DNA of 44,690 bases from an uncultured Candidatus Saccharibacteria bacterium (GTDB lineage Bacteria; Patescibacteriota; Saccharimonadia; Saccharimonadales; UBA4665): positions 1 to 44,690 of the forward strand of contig CAIMCP010000072.1 in NCBI GenBank assembly GCA_903839515.1, read 5' to 3'. Made by a program: the position numbers and the translations under genes. A model generated the notes under the pieces. It saw only the letters and a program-made list of their open reading frames with translations, was not told the DNA's origin and did not search any database. How positions within the stretch are numbered: the stretch's first letter is position 1; every line of letters starts with the position of its first letter. Shown in pieces: positions 34,007 to 43,277 of the stretch.

Positions 34007-34588
34007 CTATTTTTGAGTGAAGTAATTTATCTCGTTAACAACGTCAAGTAGTGCTTGAGCTCTTTCTTTTTCGTCTGGGATTTGTTGAGCAGCATCATAG
34101 GCAGACTGAACTAGGGATTGGTTGTCAGATGCCTGAATCATCATCATGGTTGTATGAAATTTTTCAGAAGCAGATTGCTCGAGTTGTCCAACCAAGGGTG
34201 AAAGTTTTTCTAAGGCTTCTTGTTTAATGGCCAGTAGATTTGAATCAACGGGTCCAGATTCTAGTTTTAATTCAGGAGCAATTGACGGAGCTACTGAACT
34301 AATTGTTGCTTGAATTTCATTAGGCGTTTCAGCAGGGGTTGAGTTATCTAACGACAGAAAAGGTCGGCTCGGATTGTCTATTGTTGGCGCTGGGGGACTG
34401 CCATAAGTAATCTGGGTTGGGGCTTCTGCTACTACTGGTGCAGTTGGTGGTTCGATAATGCTTGGAGTTGGGGCAGCAGTAGCCATGATAGTTGGAATTG
34501 CAGCAGAAGGAATTGTCGCTGCGGGGACAGCATTAATAGCGTTATTAGTTGGTGCAACTGGATTATCCTGGTTATTTTGTCCGAACAT
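34007..34588 (-). CDS. Hypothetical protein: Pro/Ala/Thr-rich N-terminal half, helical C-terminal half
   Basis: ORF only. No TM segment and no recognised motif. Confidence 0.5.
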   Translation of the reverse strand: MFGQNNQDNPVAPTNNAINAVPAATIPSAAIPTIMATAAPTPSIIEPPTAPVVAEAPTQITYGSPPAPTIDNPSRPFLSLDNSTPAETPNEIQATISSVAPSIAPELKLESGPVDSNLLAIKQEALEKLSPLVGQLEQSASEKFHTTMMMIQASDNQSLVQSAYDAAQQIPDEKERAQALLDVVNEINYFTQK

Positions 34589-34680
34589 TTAGCCCCCTAA
34601 ATTATTTTATATATACAATTTAATTACAATAAGCTTATAATAACAAATAATTAGCATAAACATAACAAAAAGGAATAATA

Positions 34681-35706
34681 ATGTTAGACGATTTAAAACT
34701 AATCCACAGTAAAGATTCAAACGATACGCTCGGAACAGCTAGCAAACAATACCAGCAAGTTTTAATAGATTATTCTTTGAATCTTGAAAAAAAGCATTTT
34801 AGTAATATTGTTCTTGCGGGAATGGGCGGTTCGGCACTAGCAGGATTAATAGCTCAAACATGGCCAGGCTTTAAAATACCCTTCGTAATTTCTAGAGATT
34901 ATAGTATTCCAGGATTTCTTGGTGAAGAAAGTTTATTTTTAGCTTCGAGCTATTCTGGCAATACTGAAGAAACCTTAAGTGCACTCTCCGAAGCCGAAAA
35001 AACTGGAGCAACCATCGTAATTATTGCTAGTGGTGGCAAGTTAGAGCAAATAGCTAAGGAGAAAGGCTACCCAATAGCACTCTTACCGAGCGGGCTACAG
35101 CCGAGGCACGCCACTTTATATGGTTTGAAAGCTATACTTCAAATTACGGATCAGTTCGGAATAACAAATGGATCTTCGGAAGAACTTGCTTCAAAGAGCG
35201 AATATATTAAAAACTTATGTCATGATTGGTATCCAGAAAATCCAACAAAAGATAATTATGGTAAGCAAATTGCTCAAGAGCTAATGGGTAAATCAATCGT
35301 GGTATATACTGGTCCATTGCTAAGTTCAGTAGGATATAAATGGAAAATAAGTTTTAATGAAAATTCAAAACACATCGCCTGGGTAAATCAATTTTCTGAA
35401 TTTAATCATAATGAATTTTTGGGATGGACAAAGCAGCCAGTCGATAAGCCCTATGCTGTTATTGACCTTAGAAGTAATCTTGAAAACCCAAGAATTAATA
35501 AGCGCTTCGAGATTAGTCAGAAGTTACTGAGTGGCCTAAGGCCTGAACCAATCTCAATCGCCGCTCAAGGAGATAATATTTTAGATCAAATACTTTGGAT
35601 GATGATCCTTGGAGATTTTGTCAGCATATATCTAGCACTTTTATCTAATCTTAATCCATTCCCAGTCGAACTAATTGAAAAATTAAAAGTCGAACTTAAT
35701 AATTAA
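34681..35706 (+). CDS. Bifunctional phosphoglucose/phosphomannose isomerase (SIS domain)
   Basis: VLAGMGGSALAG..ASSYSGNTEETL..IASGGKL. The ~340-aa length fits the PGI/PMI family. Confidence 0.8.
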   Translation: MLDDLKLIHSKDSNDTLGTASKQYQQVLIDYSLNLEKKHFSNIVLAGMGGSALAGLIAQTWPGFKIPFVISRDYSIPGFLGEESLFLASSYSGNTEETLSALSEAEKTGATIVIIASGGKLEQIAKEKGYPIALLPSGLQPRHATLYGLKAILQITDQFGITNGSSEELASKSEYIKNLCHDWYPENPTKDNYGKQIAQELMGKSIVVYTGPLLSSVGYKWKISFNENSKHIAWVNQFSEFNHNEFLGWTKQPVDKPYAVIDLRSNLENPRINKRFEISQKLLSGLRPEPISIAAQGDNILDQILWMMILGDFVSIYLALLSNLNPFPVELIEKLKVELNN

Positions 35707-35745
35707 GCTTTTGTTTATAGACCACTAAAATTATATAATAGGCAT

Positions 35746-36426
35746 ATGATGGAGAAACGGGGGCTGAATGCTTCCAGTATATATTGGGCACTAGCTATTC
35801 AGGCACTTATAGCCATAATATTTTTAATTTTTAGCTCGGTCACTAATCACACTGGTAAATTTTCATTCTTAATTTTCAACCTTTTTTTGGCATGGGTACC
35901 ACTTGGTATAGCTATAGTCCTCAAGAAATACCTTAAAAATAACCCAATTCTCAGCTTCAAGGGAATACTACTAGCTTTTGTTTGGGTATGTTTCTTGCCT
36001 AATAGCTTTTATATACTGAGCGACTTTATACACCTGAATAATTTTAATAGTGTCGATATCCTTTTTGACATAATAACCTTTTTTCTAGTAGCGGTTAACG
36101 GGATAATCGCCGGTATTATTAGTATCTATATAATCCACGAGGAGCTTAATAAAAGGCTTAAATCTAGACAATCGCTTGTCATAGTTATGGGTCTATTTCT
36201 TATGTGTGGATTCGGTATTTACCTCGGCCGATACTTAAGGCTGAATAGCTGGGATATAATTACCAATCCCTTGGTATTAATCTTTGATATGACTAATCCG
36301 TTATTCGATCCAGAAACTCAATTTAAGGCATTTACTGCGTGTCTGGGAATCTTAGGCTTAATTGGAAGTAGCTACATAATTCTTTGGCAATCTATTAAGT
36401 ATCTGACCCATAAAGTAAGAATCTAA
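35746..36426 (+). CDS. DUF1361 family membrane protein
   Basis: IFNLFLAWVPLGIA signature and about 6 TM helices. Confidence 0.65.
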   Translation: MMEKRGLNASSIYWALAIQALIAIIFLIFSSVTNHTGKFSFLIFNLFLAWVPLGIAIVLKKYLKNNPILSFKGILLAFVWVCFLPNSFYILSDFIHLNNFNSVDILFDIITFFLVAVNGIIAGIISIYIIHEELNKRLKSRQSLVIVMGLFLMCGFGIYLGRYLRLNSWDIITNPLVLIFDMTNPLFDPETQFKAFTACLGILGLIGSSYIILWQSIKYLTHKVRI

Positions 36427-36446
36427 TCTGTTATACTGAGTTAATA

Positions 36447-38150
36447 ATGAAAGACCAGATTAAAAAAGCAATCATAAATGAAGTTTTTAAGCAGTACAAG
36501 GTTACTGTTGATCCAGAAATTACTAGACCTGATGAAAAATATGGTGACTACACTACAAATATAAGTTTCAGCCTGGCTGGTCAGCTCCATAAAAGCCCAA
36601 AAGAGATTGCTGACTCGCTTATTGATGGGATTAAGTATTCTCTCAATACCAATATTCAAGAAATTAAGAATGTTTCAAATTTTCTGAATATAAAGCTAAG
36701 CGATAAGGCACTTCTTCAGGATGCTAGCCTGGCCTTATCCTACCAGCCAGATTATTATCGGGACCAAGTTATTGTTTGTGAATACTCAGATCCTAATCCT
36801 TTTAAGGTTCTCCATGTAGGGCACCTTTACACGTCAATTGTTGGAAATGCTATAGCTAATTTATTTGAGGTAGCTCAGGGGAAGGTAATAAGAGCTAACT
36901 TTGGTGGAGACGTCGGCAGACATGTCGCTATAAATATATGGGCAATACTGCAATATGCCGGTCAGGGAAATCGGGAAGAAGCAAAATCTGCGATATCTGA
37001 GCTAGAAGAAGAGTCGCTCGACGTAAAAGCTGCATGGCTTGCATCGCGTTATGTTGAGGGAACCAAGGCTTTTGAGTCTGACGACCCCAAGCCCAAAGAG
37101 GAAATAATGCAGCTAAATAAGGAAATATATAAAATCGTAGAAGATAATGAGCACGAATCTTCACTTGCGAAAATCTATTGGCAATGTCGAGAATGGAGCT
37201 ATGATTACTTCAAACAGTTCTACGATGATATTGAAATTACTCCTTTCGATAAATACTATCCAGAAAGTGAAACAGCTCCGATTGGTGTAAAAACTGTGAA
37301 TGAGCATTTGAATGACGGGGTCTATGAAAAAAGCGATGGTGCAATTGTTTTTAAGGGTGAAAAATACGGACTTCATACTAGAGTCTTCATAACTTCACAG
37401 GGTCTACCTTCCTATGAGGCCAAAGACCTCGGTCTTATAATGACAAAATATAGGGACTATACCTTCGATAAATCAGTTATTATAACCGGCAATGAGATAA
37501 CAGATTATATGAGAGTGGTTATGAAAAGTATTGAGCAGTTTAACCCTAAACTAGTCAAGGCCTCCACACATCTAACTCACGGAATGGTTAAAATGGCTGG
37601 GGGAGTTAAGATGAGTAGTCGAAAGGGCAATGGACTGAGTGCAATCTCTGTAATTGAAAATACCGCTAAAATTAATCTCGAAAATACCAACAAAGAAAAT
37701 ATGGATACAACTCTCGGAGCCATAAAATACGCTTTTTTGAAGCAAAGACTTGGCCCGGATCTTATTTATGATCCTGTTGAGTCGGTTAGCTTGGTAGGCA
37801 ATAGTGGCCCTTATCTTCAATATGCCTATGCCCGTGCAAGGAGTATCTTGGGTAAATCTAAAAATACTAAAACGCCCGAAAATTACGATCTTGACGCTAA
37901 TGAGAGGTCTTTATCTAGAAAAATAAGTGAATATCCTGATTATTTAGATAAGTCGATAAATGAAATTATGCCTCACCATATATGTACTTATCTTTATGAA
38001 CTGGCTCAAGTGTTCAATAAGTTTTATGAAAATAGTCGAGTCATTGATGATCCAAGGGAGCCAATAAGGATAAAATTAGTTGAACAATATTCTCAAATTT
38101 TGAAGAAAGGACTTAGCCTCCTTAGTATTTCAGCTCCTAATCAGGTTTAA
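36447..38150 (+). CDS. argS: Arginyl-tRNA synthetase
   Basis: SDPNPFKVLHVGHL (HIGH-type), KMSSRKG (KMSK-type), and a DALR-like anticodon-binding C-terminus. Confidence 0.93.
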   Translation: MKDQIKKAIINEVFKQYKVTVDPEITRPDEKYGDYTTNISFSLAGQLHKSPKEIADSLIDGIKYSLNTNIQEIKNVSNFLNIKLSDKALLQDASLALSYQPDYYRDQVIVCEYSDPNPFKVLHVGHLYTSIVGNAIANLFEVAQGKVIRANFGGDVGRHVAINIWAILQYAGQGNREEAKSAISELEEESLDVKAAWLASRYVEGTKAFESDDPKPKEEIMQLNKEIYKIVEDNEHESSLAKIYWQCREWSYDYFKQFYDDIEITPFDKYYPESETAPIGVKTVNEHLNDGVYEKSDGAIVFKGEKYGLHTRVFITSQGLPSYEAKDLGLIMTKYRDYTFDKSVIITGNEITDYMRVVMKSIEQFNPKLVKASTHLTHGMVKMAGGVKMSSRKGNGLSAISVIENTAKINLENTNKENMDTTLGAIKYAFLKQRLGPDLIYDPVESVSLVGNSGPYLQYAYARARSILGKSKNTKTPENYDLDANERSLSRKISEYPDYLDKSINEIMPHHICTYLYELAQVFNKFYENSRVIDDPREPIRIKLVEQYSQILKKGLSLLSISAPNQV

Positions 38151-38200
38151 TTCGTATTATAATTGATTAATACTGTATTTTTATAAGGAGATATTGTTAA

Positions 38201-38599
38201 ATGGATAAAGTGATAAAGCATAGTAAAAAAGCAGCTGCCAAGGTAGCACCTATAACTACAAAGACCATAAATGAGCAAGTTGGTGGCTTTGGAGAGTTTA
38301 TTAAAGAATTTGGGGTTATTGGGCTTGCTGTTGGATTTGTATTTGGTGCTCAAGTTAAAACAGTCGTAGATATTTTTACGGCATCAATAATTAATCCACT
38401 TCTAGGCTTGCTTCTTCCTGGCGCTGGTAGCCTGAGTCAGAAGACATTTAGTCTGACTGTTTTTTCTAAAACTGCAGTTTTTGGTTGGGGTGTATTTATA
38501 TCTAGCCTAATTAGCTTCATAATAGTGGCAATAATTATTTACGCTACTTATAAAATATTTCATCTTGATAGATTAGCACAAAAAAATAATCTCAAATGA
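38201..38599 (+). CDS. mscL: Large-conductance mechanosensitive channel MscL (with ~25-aa N-terminal extension)
   Basis: GEFIKEFGVIGLAVGFVFGAQVKTVVDIFTASIINPLLG, a second TM helix, and AAGGAG upstream. Confidence 0.85.
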   Translation: MDKVIKHSKKAAAKVAPITTKTINEQVGGFGEFIKEFGVIGLAVGFVFGAQVKTVVDIFTASIINPLLGLLLPGAGSLSQKTFSLTVFSKTAVFGWGVFISSLISFIIVAIIIYATYKIFHLDRLAQKNNLK

Positions 38600-38976
38600 C
38601 TAACGACGACTACAAGCAAAAATTGAGTGAAGAGCAATACGCTGTTCTTCGTGAATCTGCCACCGAACCACCATTTAGTGGGAAGTTTGATGATTTTTGG
38701 AAAACTGGTGACTATAAGTGCGGTGCATGTGGAACTGTTTTATTTAAATCTAACACCAAGTATGACGCAGGATGTGGATGGCCTAGTTTTTGGGACGCCG
38801 CCGACAATTCGAAAATTAAGCTTATTGACGATGATTCTTTAGGAATGCAAAGAACCGAAGTAAGATGTGGGGTGTGCGATAGTCACCTCGGACATTTATT
38901 CAATGATGGACCCGTAGAGCACGGACGAAGAAGATACTGTATTAATTCTGCCGCTTTAAACTTCGAAGATAAATAA
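38596..38976 (+). CDS. msrB: Peptide-methionine (R)-S-oxide reductase
   Basis: CGACGTVLFKS..GCGWPSF..VRCGVCDSHLGHLFNDGP..RYCINS. ATGA overlap with mscL. Confidence 0.93.
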   Translation: MTNDDYKQKLSEEQYAVLRESATEPPFSGKFDDFWKTGDYKCGACGTVLFKSNTKYDAGCGWPSFWDAADNSKIKLIDDDSLGMQRTEVRCGVCDSHLGHLFNDGPVEHGRRRYCINSAALNFEDK

Positions 38977-38983
38977 TGACTAA

Positions 38984-39328
38984 TTAAATAGCGACAACAT
39001 TTCCATCGTAATATTTATTTCCCCATTTTGCCATCTGCTTCAGTAGGGGAATCAAATCGAGACCTTTATCCGTTAAGGTATATTCAATTCTTGGAGGAAC
39101 TTCGTTATAGCTTTTCTTAGTAACTATATTATGCCTTTCAAGCTCATCTAGGCGTTGTGAGAGGGTTTTTGGGCTAATACCGACCAAAGACCTCTCTAGC
39201 TCACTAAAGCGCATACTACCATCCGCTAAATCTCTCAAAATAAGTGCGGTCCATTTGCTTCCAATTATTGCCATAGCCGTAGCTACGCATCCGGAATAAG
39301 GTTCAATACATGATTTATTATTTTTCAT
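38984..39328 (-). CDS. HxlR-family winged-helix transcriptional regulator
   Basis: IIGSKWTALILRDLADGSMRFSELERSLVGISPKTLSQRLDELERHNIV..PPRIEYTLTDKG. Confidence 0.88.
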   Translation of the reverse strand: MKNNKSCIEPYSGCVATAMAIIGSKWTALILRDLADGSMRFSELERSLVGISPKTLSQRLDELERHNIVTKKSYNEVPPRIEYTLTDKGLDLIPLLKQMAKWGNKYYDGNVVAI

Positions 39329-39332
39329 ACTT

Positions 39333-39378
39333 TACTTTGTATAGTAATGGGATTATCATATTAATACTATACAAAGTA
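39333..39378. promoter_or_regulatory. Perfect 14-bp inverted repeat in the HxlR / FMN-reductase divergent intergenic region (candidate operator)
   Basis: TACTTTGTATAGTA (39333-46), an 18-nt spacer, then TACTATACAAAGTA (39365-78). The arms are exact reverse complements. Confidence 0.6.
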
Positions 39379-39405
39379 TATCATTAATAAATCGAGGAGC
39401 TGAAT

Positions 39406-39990
39406 ATGAATTTACAAATTATTGTCGGAAGTACAAGAGTGGGACGAAGGTCACTACAGTTTTCTAAGTGGATTGAAAAAACTGCGAAAGAAAATAAGAA
39501 TCTTAATGTTGAACTAGTCGATCTTATAGATTACGACTTACCAATGTTTAATGAGCCAGTTTCTCCTAGATATAATCCTGACAGAAAACTTGAAGGTGAC
39601 GTTAAGAAGTTTTTAGAAAAATTAGCTAAGGGCGATGCATATGTTTTTGTAACGCCTGAATATAATCACTCTCTATCTGGAGTTCTTAAAAACGCCTTAG
39701 ATTACATAGCTTATGAACTTGATAAGAAACCAGCTGCTGTAGCAACCCATGGTAGCGTTGGTGGTGCACGTGCTGCTGAACATTTAAAAATGATTCTATC
39801 TGAGTGCCGGGCAGTAATAGTTCCAATAAACCTCCACTTCAATCATTTCATTGATTCTAATATTGACGAAGAAGGCAATCTCATAAAAGATCTCAAGGAA
39901 TTAGCATATGGACCCCACACAACCGTAAATACGATGCTAGAAGAACTAACCTGGTACGGACAGGCTCTAAAAACAGCCCGAGAACAATAA
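39406..39990 (+). CDS. NADPH-dependent FMN reductase family protein
   Basis: IVGSTRVGR..FVTPEYNHSLSGVLKNALDY, with GAGGAG upstream. Confidence 0.85.
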   Translation: MNLQIIVGSTRVGRRSLQFSKWIEKTAKENKNLNVELVDLIDYDLPMFNEPVSPRYNPDRKLEGDVKKFLEKLAKGDAYVFVTPEYNHSLSGVLKNALDYIAYELDKKPAAVATHGSVGGARAAEHLKMILSECRAVIVPINLHFNHFIDSNIDEEGNLIKDLKELAYGPHTTVNTMLEELTWYGQALKTAREQ

Positions 39991-40043
39991 ATATTAACTG
40001 ACTTAGTCTTAACTTGACCAACATATTTTGATAATATAATTTT

Positions 40044-40301
40044 ATGAATGAAGTAGTATCTATTTACAAAGCAAAAACTAATCTTAGTAAGTTGGTCAAA
40101 AAGGCCAGCGAGGGGTCTACGATATACATTGGATCTTACGGTCGAGCTCAGGCTATTTTATCGCCTATGCCTAAAAAAAAGGAAATAAACATCGGCATTT
40201 GGGCAGATAAAAAACGAGACAATGCTTACGAAGATATCGTTTCTAGTGACCCAGATATTGTTAAAAGTTTTAATAAAAGCATAAATAAAGAAATTCTATG
40301 A
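40044..40301 (+). CDS. Phd/YefM-family antitoxin
   Basis: VSIYKAKTNLSKLVKKASEGSTIYIGSYGRAQAILSPM. Confidence 0.8.
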   Translation: MNEVVSIYKAKTNLSKLVKKASEGSTIYIGSYGRAQAILSPMPKKKEINIGIWADKKRDNAYEDIVSSDPDIVKSFNKSINKEIL

Positions 40302-40684
40302 TGGGTTAAAGCATTCTGATAGATTCCCATATACTCATATGGATGCTTTACGAACCCGATAAAATAAGTTCTGAATCTGTAAAATTAATACAAGATAGTG
40401 TAAACGTTTAACTATCTGTAGTTTCCGTCTGGGAGCTAGCTATAGAATATAATAATAAGAGATTATTGTATTCTCCTGATGAGATTTCGCTAGGCATAGA
40501 AGAATTAAATCTAACACTATTAAATTTGAAAATCCAGCATTCTATAAACATACAAAACATAAATTTACCACACAATGATCCTTTTGATACTCTTTTAATA
40601 TCTAAATCAGAAATAGAAAATTTAATATTTTTGACAGCAGATAAAGCTCTACTTAGTAGCCAGTACAATACCCATAAATGCTAA
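40298..40684 (+). pseudogene. PIN-domain (VapC-like) toxin with two in-frame TAA stops
   Basis: One frame reads MMG*SILIDSHILIWMLYEPDKISSESVKLIQDSVNV*LSVVSVWELAIEYNNKRL..LPHNDPFDTLLISKSEIENLIFLTADKAL. The stops are at 40307-09 and 40409-11. ATGA-type overlap with the antitoxin stop. Confidence 0.75.
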
Positions 40685-40747
40685 TCAGTCTTGCAATTTA
40701 AGTCATATTATGCTAATGTATACATAGTTTATTAAAAATAAAAAATT

Positions 40748-41689
40748 ATGTCAGAAGTACTTACTCAACAAAATCCTAATTTAGAGCAAGCGAATCCCGG
40801 CCTATCGCCTGAATCTGTTAATAGTTGGATGAAACAAGCTGATGGTTATTTAGACCAGAAATTTACTGTATATGATAATGGACAGCCTAAAAAATATGTT
40901 CTGAAAGACGCTGTTAATAAGCACGTTTTAGATGATTCTGGCAATAAGACTGGTGAAGTTCTTCCAATAGTTTTAGTAGAGTCTGAGGATGGCAAAACAA
41001 GTGAAATGAACACTGAGGATTTCCTTGTAAATCAAGGTTTTACCGATGAGGTGTTCAATGAAACTAGCGAGATTGGTTCAGGTGATAGTCAAGACGAAAC
41101 ATCAGAAACCAATTATGATGATTTATTCTCAGATGATTATGACAAAACACCACATTCTGTTGAGCGTGCTCAGGTTAGAACCCCAGAAGTAAAAAGGGAA
41201 GATGTTCAGTCATCGGAATTAGGACTTATTGAAGTAATAAAAAGAGATTCAAATTTCAAATTGTTAATGGATAAAATTACTTCTAAATTTGATACCTCAA
41301 GCCAAGCGGATATGTTAAAAAAACTACGCGAAGACCAAGATACATCTTCAGAGATTAAGGATTACATTTCTCTCAAGCTTGAACAAAATTTACATAAAAT
41401 GCCAGCTAGAATTTTTGAGAATAGCGATAAAAACTATAAAAATCCAAACTATCCTGGATATGAAAACGCTAACAAGTTAACAAGTCGTGAATATACGATA
41501 ATATTGGCTGAATCCATGATAAATGGAAGTTTTAATTTTGATTATTCAAAATCTTCTCCAATTCTTATAAATAGTAATAATGAAGTTGAAGTTGGGCAGC
41601 ATAGAGTCGCTGCTTTATATAGCCTTGGATTCAATCTTGATGACCCCTGGGTTCAAGAAAACTTCAAAATAGAGAGAAATAATAAGTAA
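40748..41689 (+). CDS. Hypothetical protein (acidic N-terminal half)
   Basis: ORF only. The C-terminal EVGQHRVAALYSLG is faintly ParB/Srx-like (G.HR..A). Confidence 0.5.
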   Translation: MSEVLTQQNPNLEQANPGLSPESVNSWMKQADGYLDQKFTVYDNGQPKKYVLKDAVNKHVLDDSGNKTGEVLPIVLVESEDGKTSEMNTEDFLVNQGFTDEVFNETSEIGSGDSQDETSETNYDDLFSDDYDKTPHSVERAQVRTPEVKREDVQSSELGLIEVIKRDSNFKLLMDKITSKFDTSSQADMLKKLREDQDTSSEIKDYISLKLEQNLHKMPARIFENSDKNYKNPNYPGYENANKLTSREYTIILAESMINGSFNFDYSKSSPILINSNNEVEVGQHRVAALYSLGFNLDDPWVQENFKIERNNK

Positions 41690-41707
41690 ATTTGGTATAG
41701 TTAGTCT

Positions 41708-42256
41708 ATGAAAGAAATAGATAAGACAATAAAACCTACCAAATTACTATGGGTAGATCTAGAGATGACCGGTCTCGACCCAAATAAAGATGTAATTTTA
41801 GAGGTCGCCGTAGAAGTTACAGATTTTTCTTTAAAAACTCTAGCTAGCTATGAAGCAGTTGTTAAACATTCTGACGAAATACTTAGCAATATGAACGAAT
41901 GGTCTCAAAAACAGCATAAAGTTAGCGGATTAATAGAAAGAATTAAAAAGAATGGGCAGTCTGAGAGATCAGTTAAAGACCAGTTGATTGGTTTTATTAA
42001 AGCTCAGTTTGGAAATGAGCCAGCGATACTCGCAGGTAATTCGATTCATAATGACCGTAAATTTATTGAGAAGTGGTGGCCTGAGGTGAATGACCTACTA
42101 CACTACAGAATGCTCGATGTTAGTTCTTTTAAGGTTTTAATGTCTGGTAAGTATGACATAAACTTCGAAAAAAATAGTTCTCATAGGGCATTTGACGATA
42201 TCCAAGCTTCAATAGCTGAACTACAATTTTATATAGATAAGTTCAAAGGTTTATAA
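41708..42256 (+). CDS. orn: Oligoribonuclease
   Basis: LLWVDLEMTGLDP..ILEVA..LAGNSIHNDRKFI..LHYRMLDVSS..HRAFDDIQASIAEL (DEDDh exonuclease motifs). Confidence 0.92.
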   Translation: MKEIDKTIKPTKLLWVDLEMTGLDPNKDVILEVAVEVTDFSLKTLASYEAVVKHSDEILSNMNEWSQKQHKVSGLIERIKKNGQSERSVKDQLIGFIKAQFGNEPAILAGNSIHNDRKFIEKWWPEVNDLLHYRMLDVSSFKVLMSGKYDINFEKNSSHRAFDDIQASIAELQFYIDKFKGL

Positions 42257-42273
42257 ATAATTAAGGCTTAAGT

Positions 42274-42600
42274 ATGTTAGATTATAAAACTGTAAAAAAG
42301 CTACTGAATTCATATTCTGAAATCACTATGTCATGTCCTTATGGGGAGGACATAGAGGTTTATTATTTAGGAGAGGAAATGTTTGCACTTCTGTACAAAG
42401 ATCTTCATCCCTTACAGCTAAGTCTTAGATGTGACAGGCTCCTGGCTAAACATTTAAAAGAAAAATTTGAGTCAGTACTTGGTGGTAGAGACCTCAATCC
42501 AAATAAATGGATTACCGTCATATTAAGCGGCCAACTTAGTGAAGAAGAGGTGCGTGATCTTATTAGGCATTCTTTTGAGATGACTAAAAAGCTCAATTAG
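42274..42600 (+). CDS. MmcQ/YjbR-family protein
   Basis: PYGEDIEVYYLGEEMFAL..LSLRCDRLLAKHLKEKF..NPNKWITVILSG. Confidence 0.65.
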   Translation: MLDYKTVKKLLNSYSEITMSCPYGEDIEVYYLGEEMFALLYKDLHPLQLSLRCDRLLAKHLKEKFESVLGGRDLNPNKWITVILSGQLSEEEVRDLIRHSFEMTKKLN

Positions 42601-43213
42601 CCAATAGACTGTTGCTGGCTTTTAGTAGTAGTACGTTTTGCTTATAAATATTATCTAGAATTTTCTTCTCACCCGTATTAGCAGCAGGGAAGGCTTTATG
42701 GATGTTTTGCTGATAATTATTTAAAGTTTGCTGATAATTGGTTATAAAGCTACTATCAAAACCACCATTTGTTACGGCGTCTGCCAAGCTTTTATTAACA
42801 GTTGGGTTTTGATAAGAAGCATTTAATATTGTTACTGTCTTTCCGCTTGCTTTAAGTACGCCAATAAGTTGCGATTGAGCGCTGGAAACAGATACGGTTG
42901 TGGTTCCGGCAAGGTTAAGTATTGCTTGATTGGTAGAATTTTTAGTCCCAGAAACAGCAATGGTATTTAAAATAGACTGATCTTCAACAACATTGATTAG
43001 GTTCTGACTGTTAGCATTTTTAGAACCAGATAGAATTGCATTAAAAACAATAAATAGCGTTAAGAGTACGGTGATTCCAACGACTACAACTATGATTCTG
43101 GATTTTAGGCTTCCACCCCTAGGAACAAGCTTATTAATTGGACTACCAGGGCTAGCCGGCTTATCATTCAGAAAATAATATGGATTGTTGTTTTGTGGTT
43201 GATTTGGTTGCAT
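42593..43213 (-). CDS. Hypothetical membrane-anchored exported protein
   Basis: Pro/Asn-rich N-terminus, a single TM (IIVVVVGITVLLTLFIVFNAIL), then a polar ectodomain. Confidence 0.55.
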   Translation of the reverse strand: MQPNQPQNNNPYYFLNDKPASPGSPINKLVPRGGSLKSRIIVVVVGITVLLTLFIVFNAILSGSKNANSQNLINVVEDQSILNTIAVSGTKNSTNQAILNLAGTTTVSVSSAQSQLIGVLKASGKTVTILNASYQNPTVNKSLADAVTNGGFDSSFITNYQQTLNNYQQNIHKAFPAANTGEKKILDNIYKQNVLLLKASNSLLAN

Positions 43214-43277
43214 GTATCTTATTTAACCATAACTGACTTCATGAGCCCAAGCAACTTTAGCGTACAATAATATATAT

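Noticed and set aside
36441-36659. A 72-aa minus-strand ORF at the argS start. Other antisense ORFs lie within argS, groEL, valS and cls.
   Set aside because: They are antisense shadows within strongly supported housekeeping genes.
40307-40411. The possibility that in-frame TAA codons indicate stop-codon reassignment or an alternative genetic code.
   Set aside because: TAA terminates well-conserved genes here at the expected C-termini, including groES, groEL and pilin paralog 3. TGA and TAG also act as stops. Only this one gene is affected, so it is better explained as a pseudogene.
40408-40668. An 86-aa minus-strand ORF.
   Set aside because: It lies antisense to the recognisable PIN pseudogene, is AT-rich and low complexity, and has no motif.
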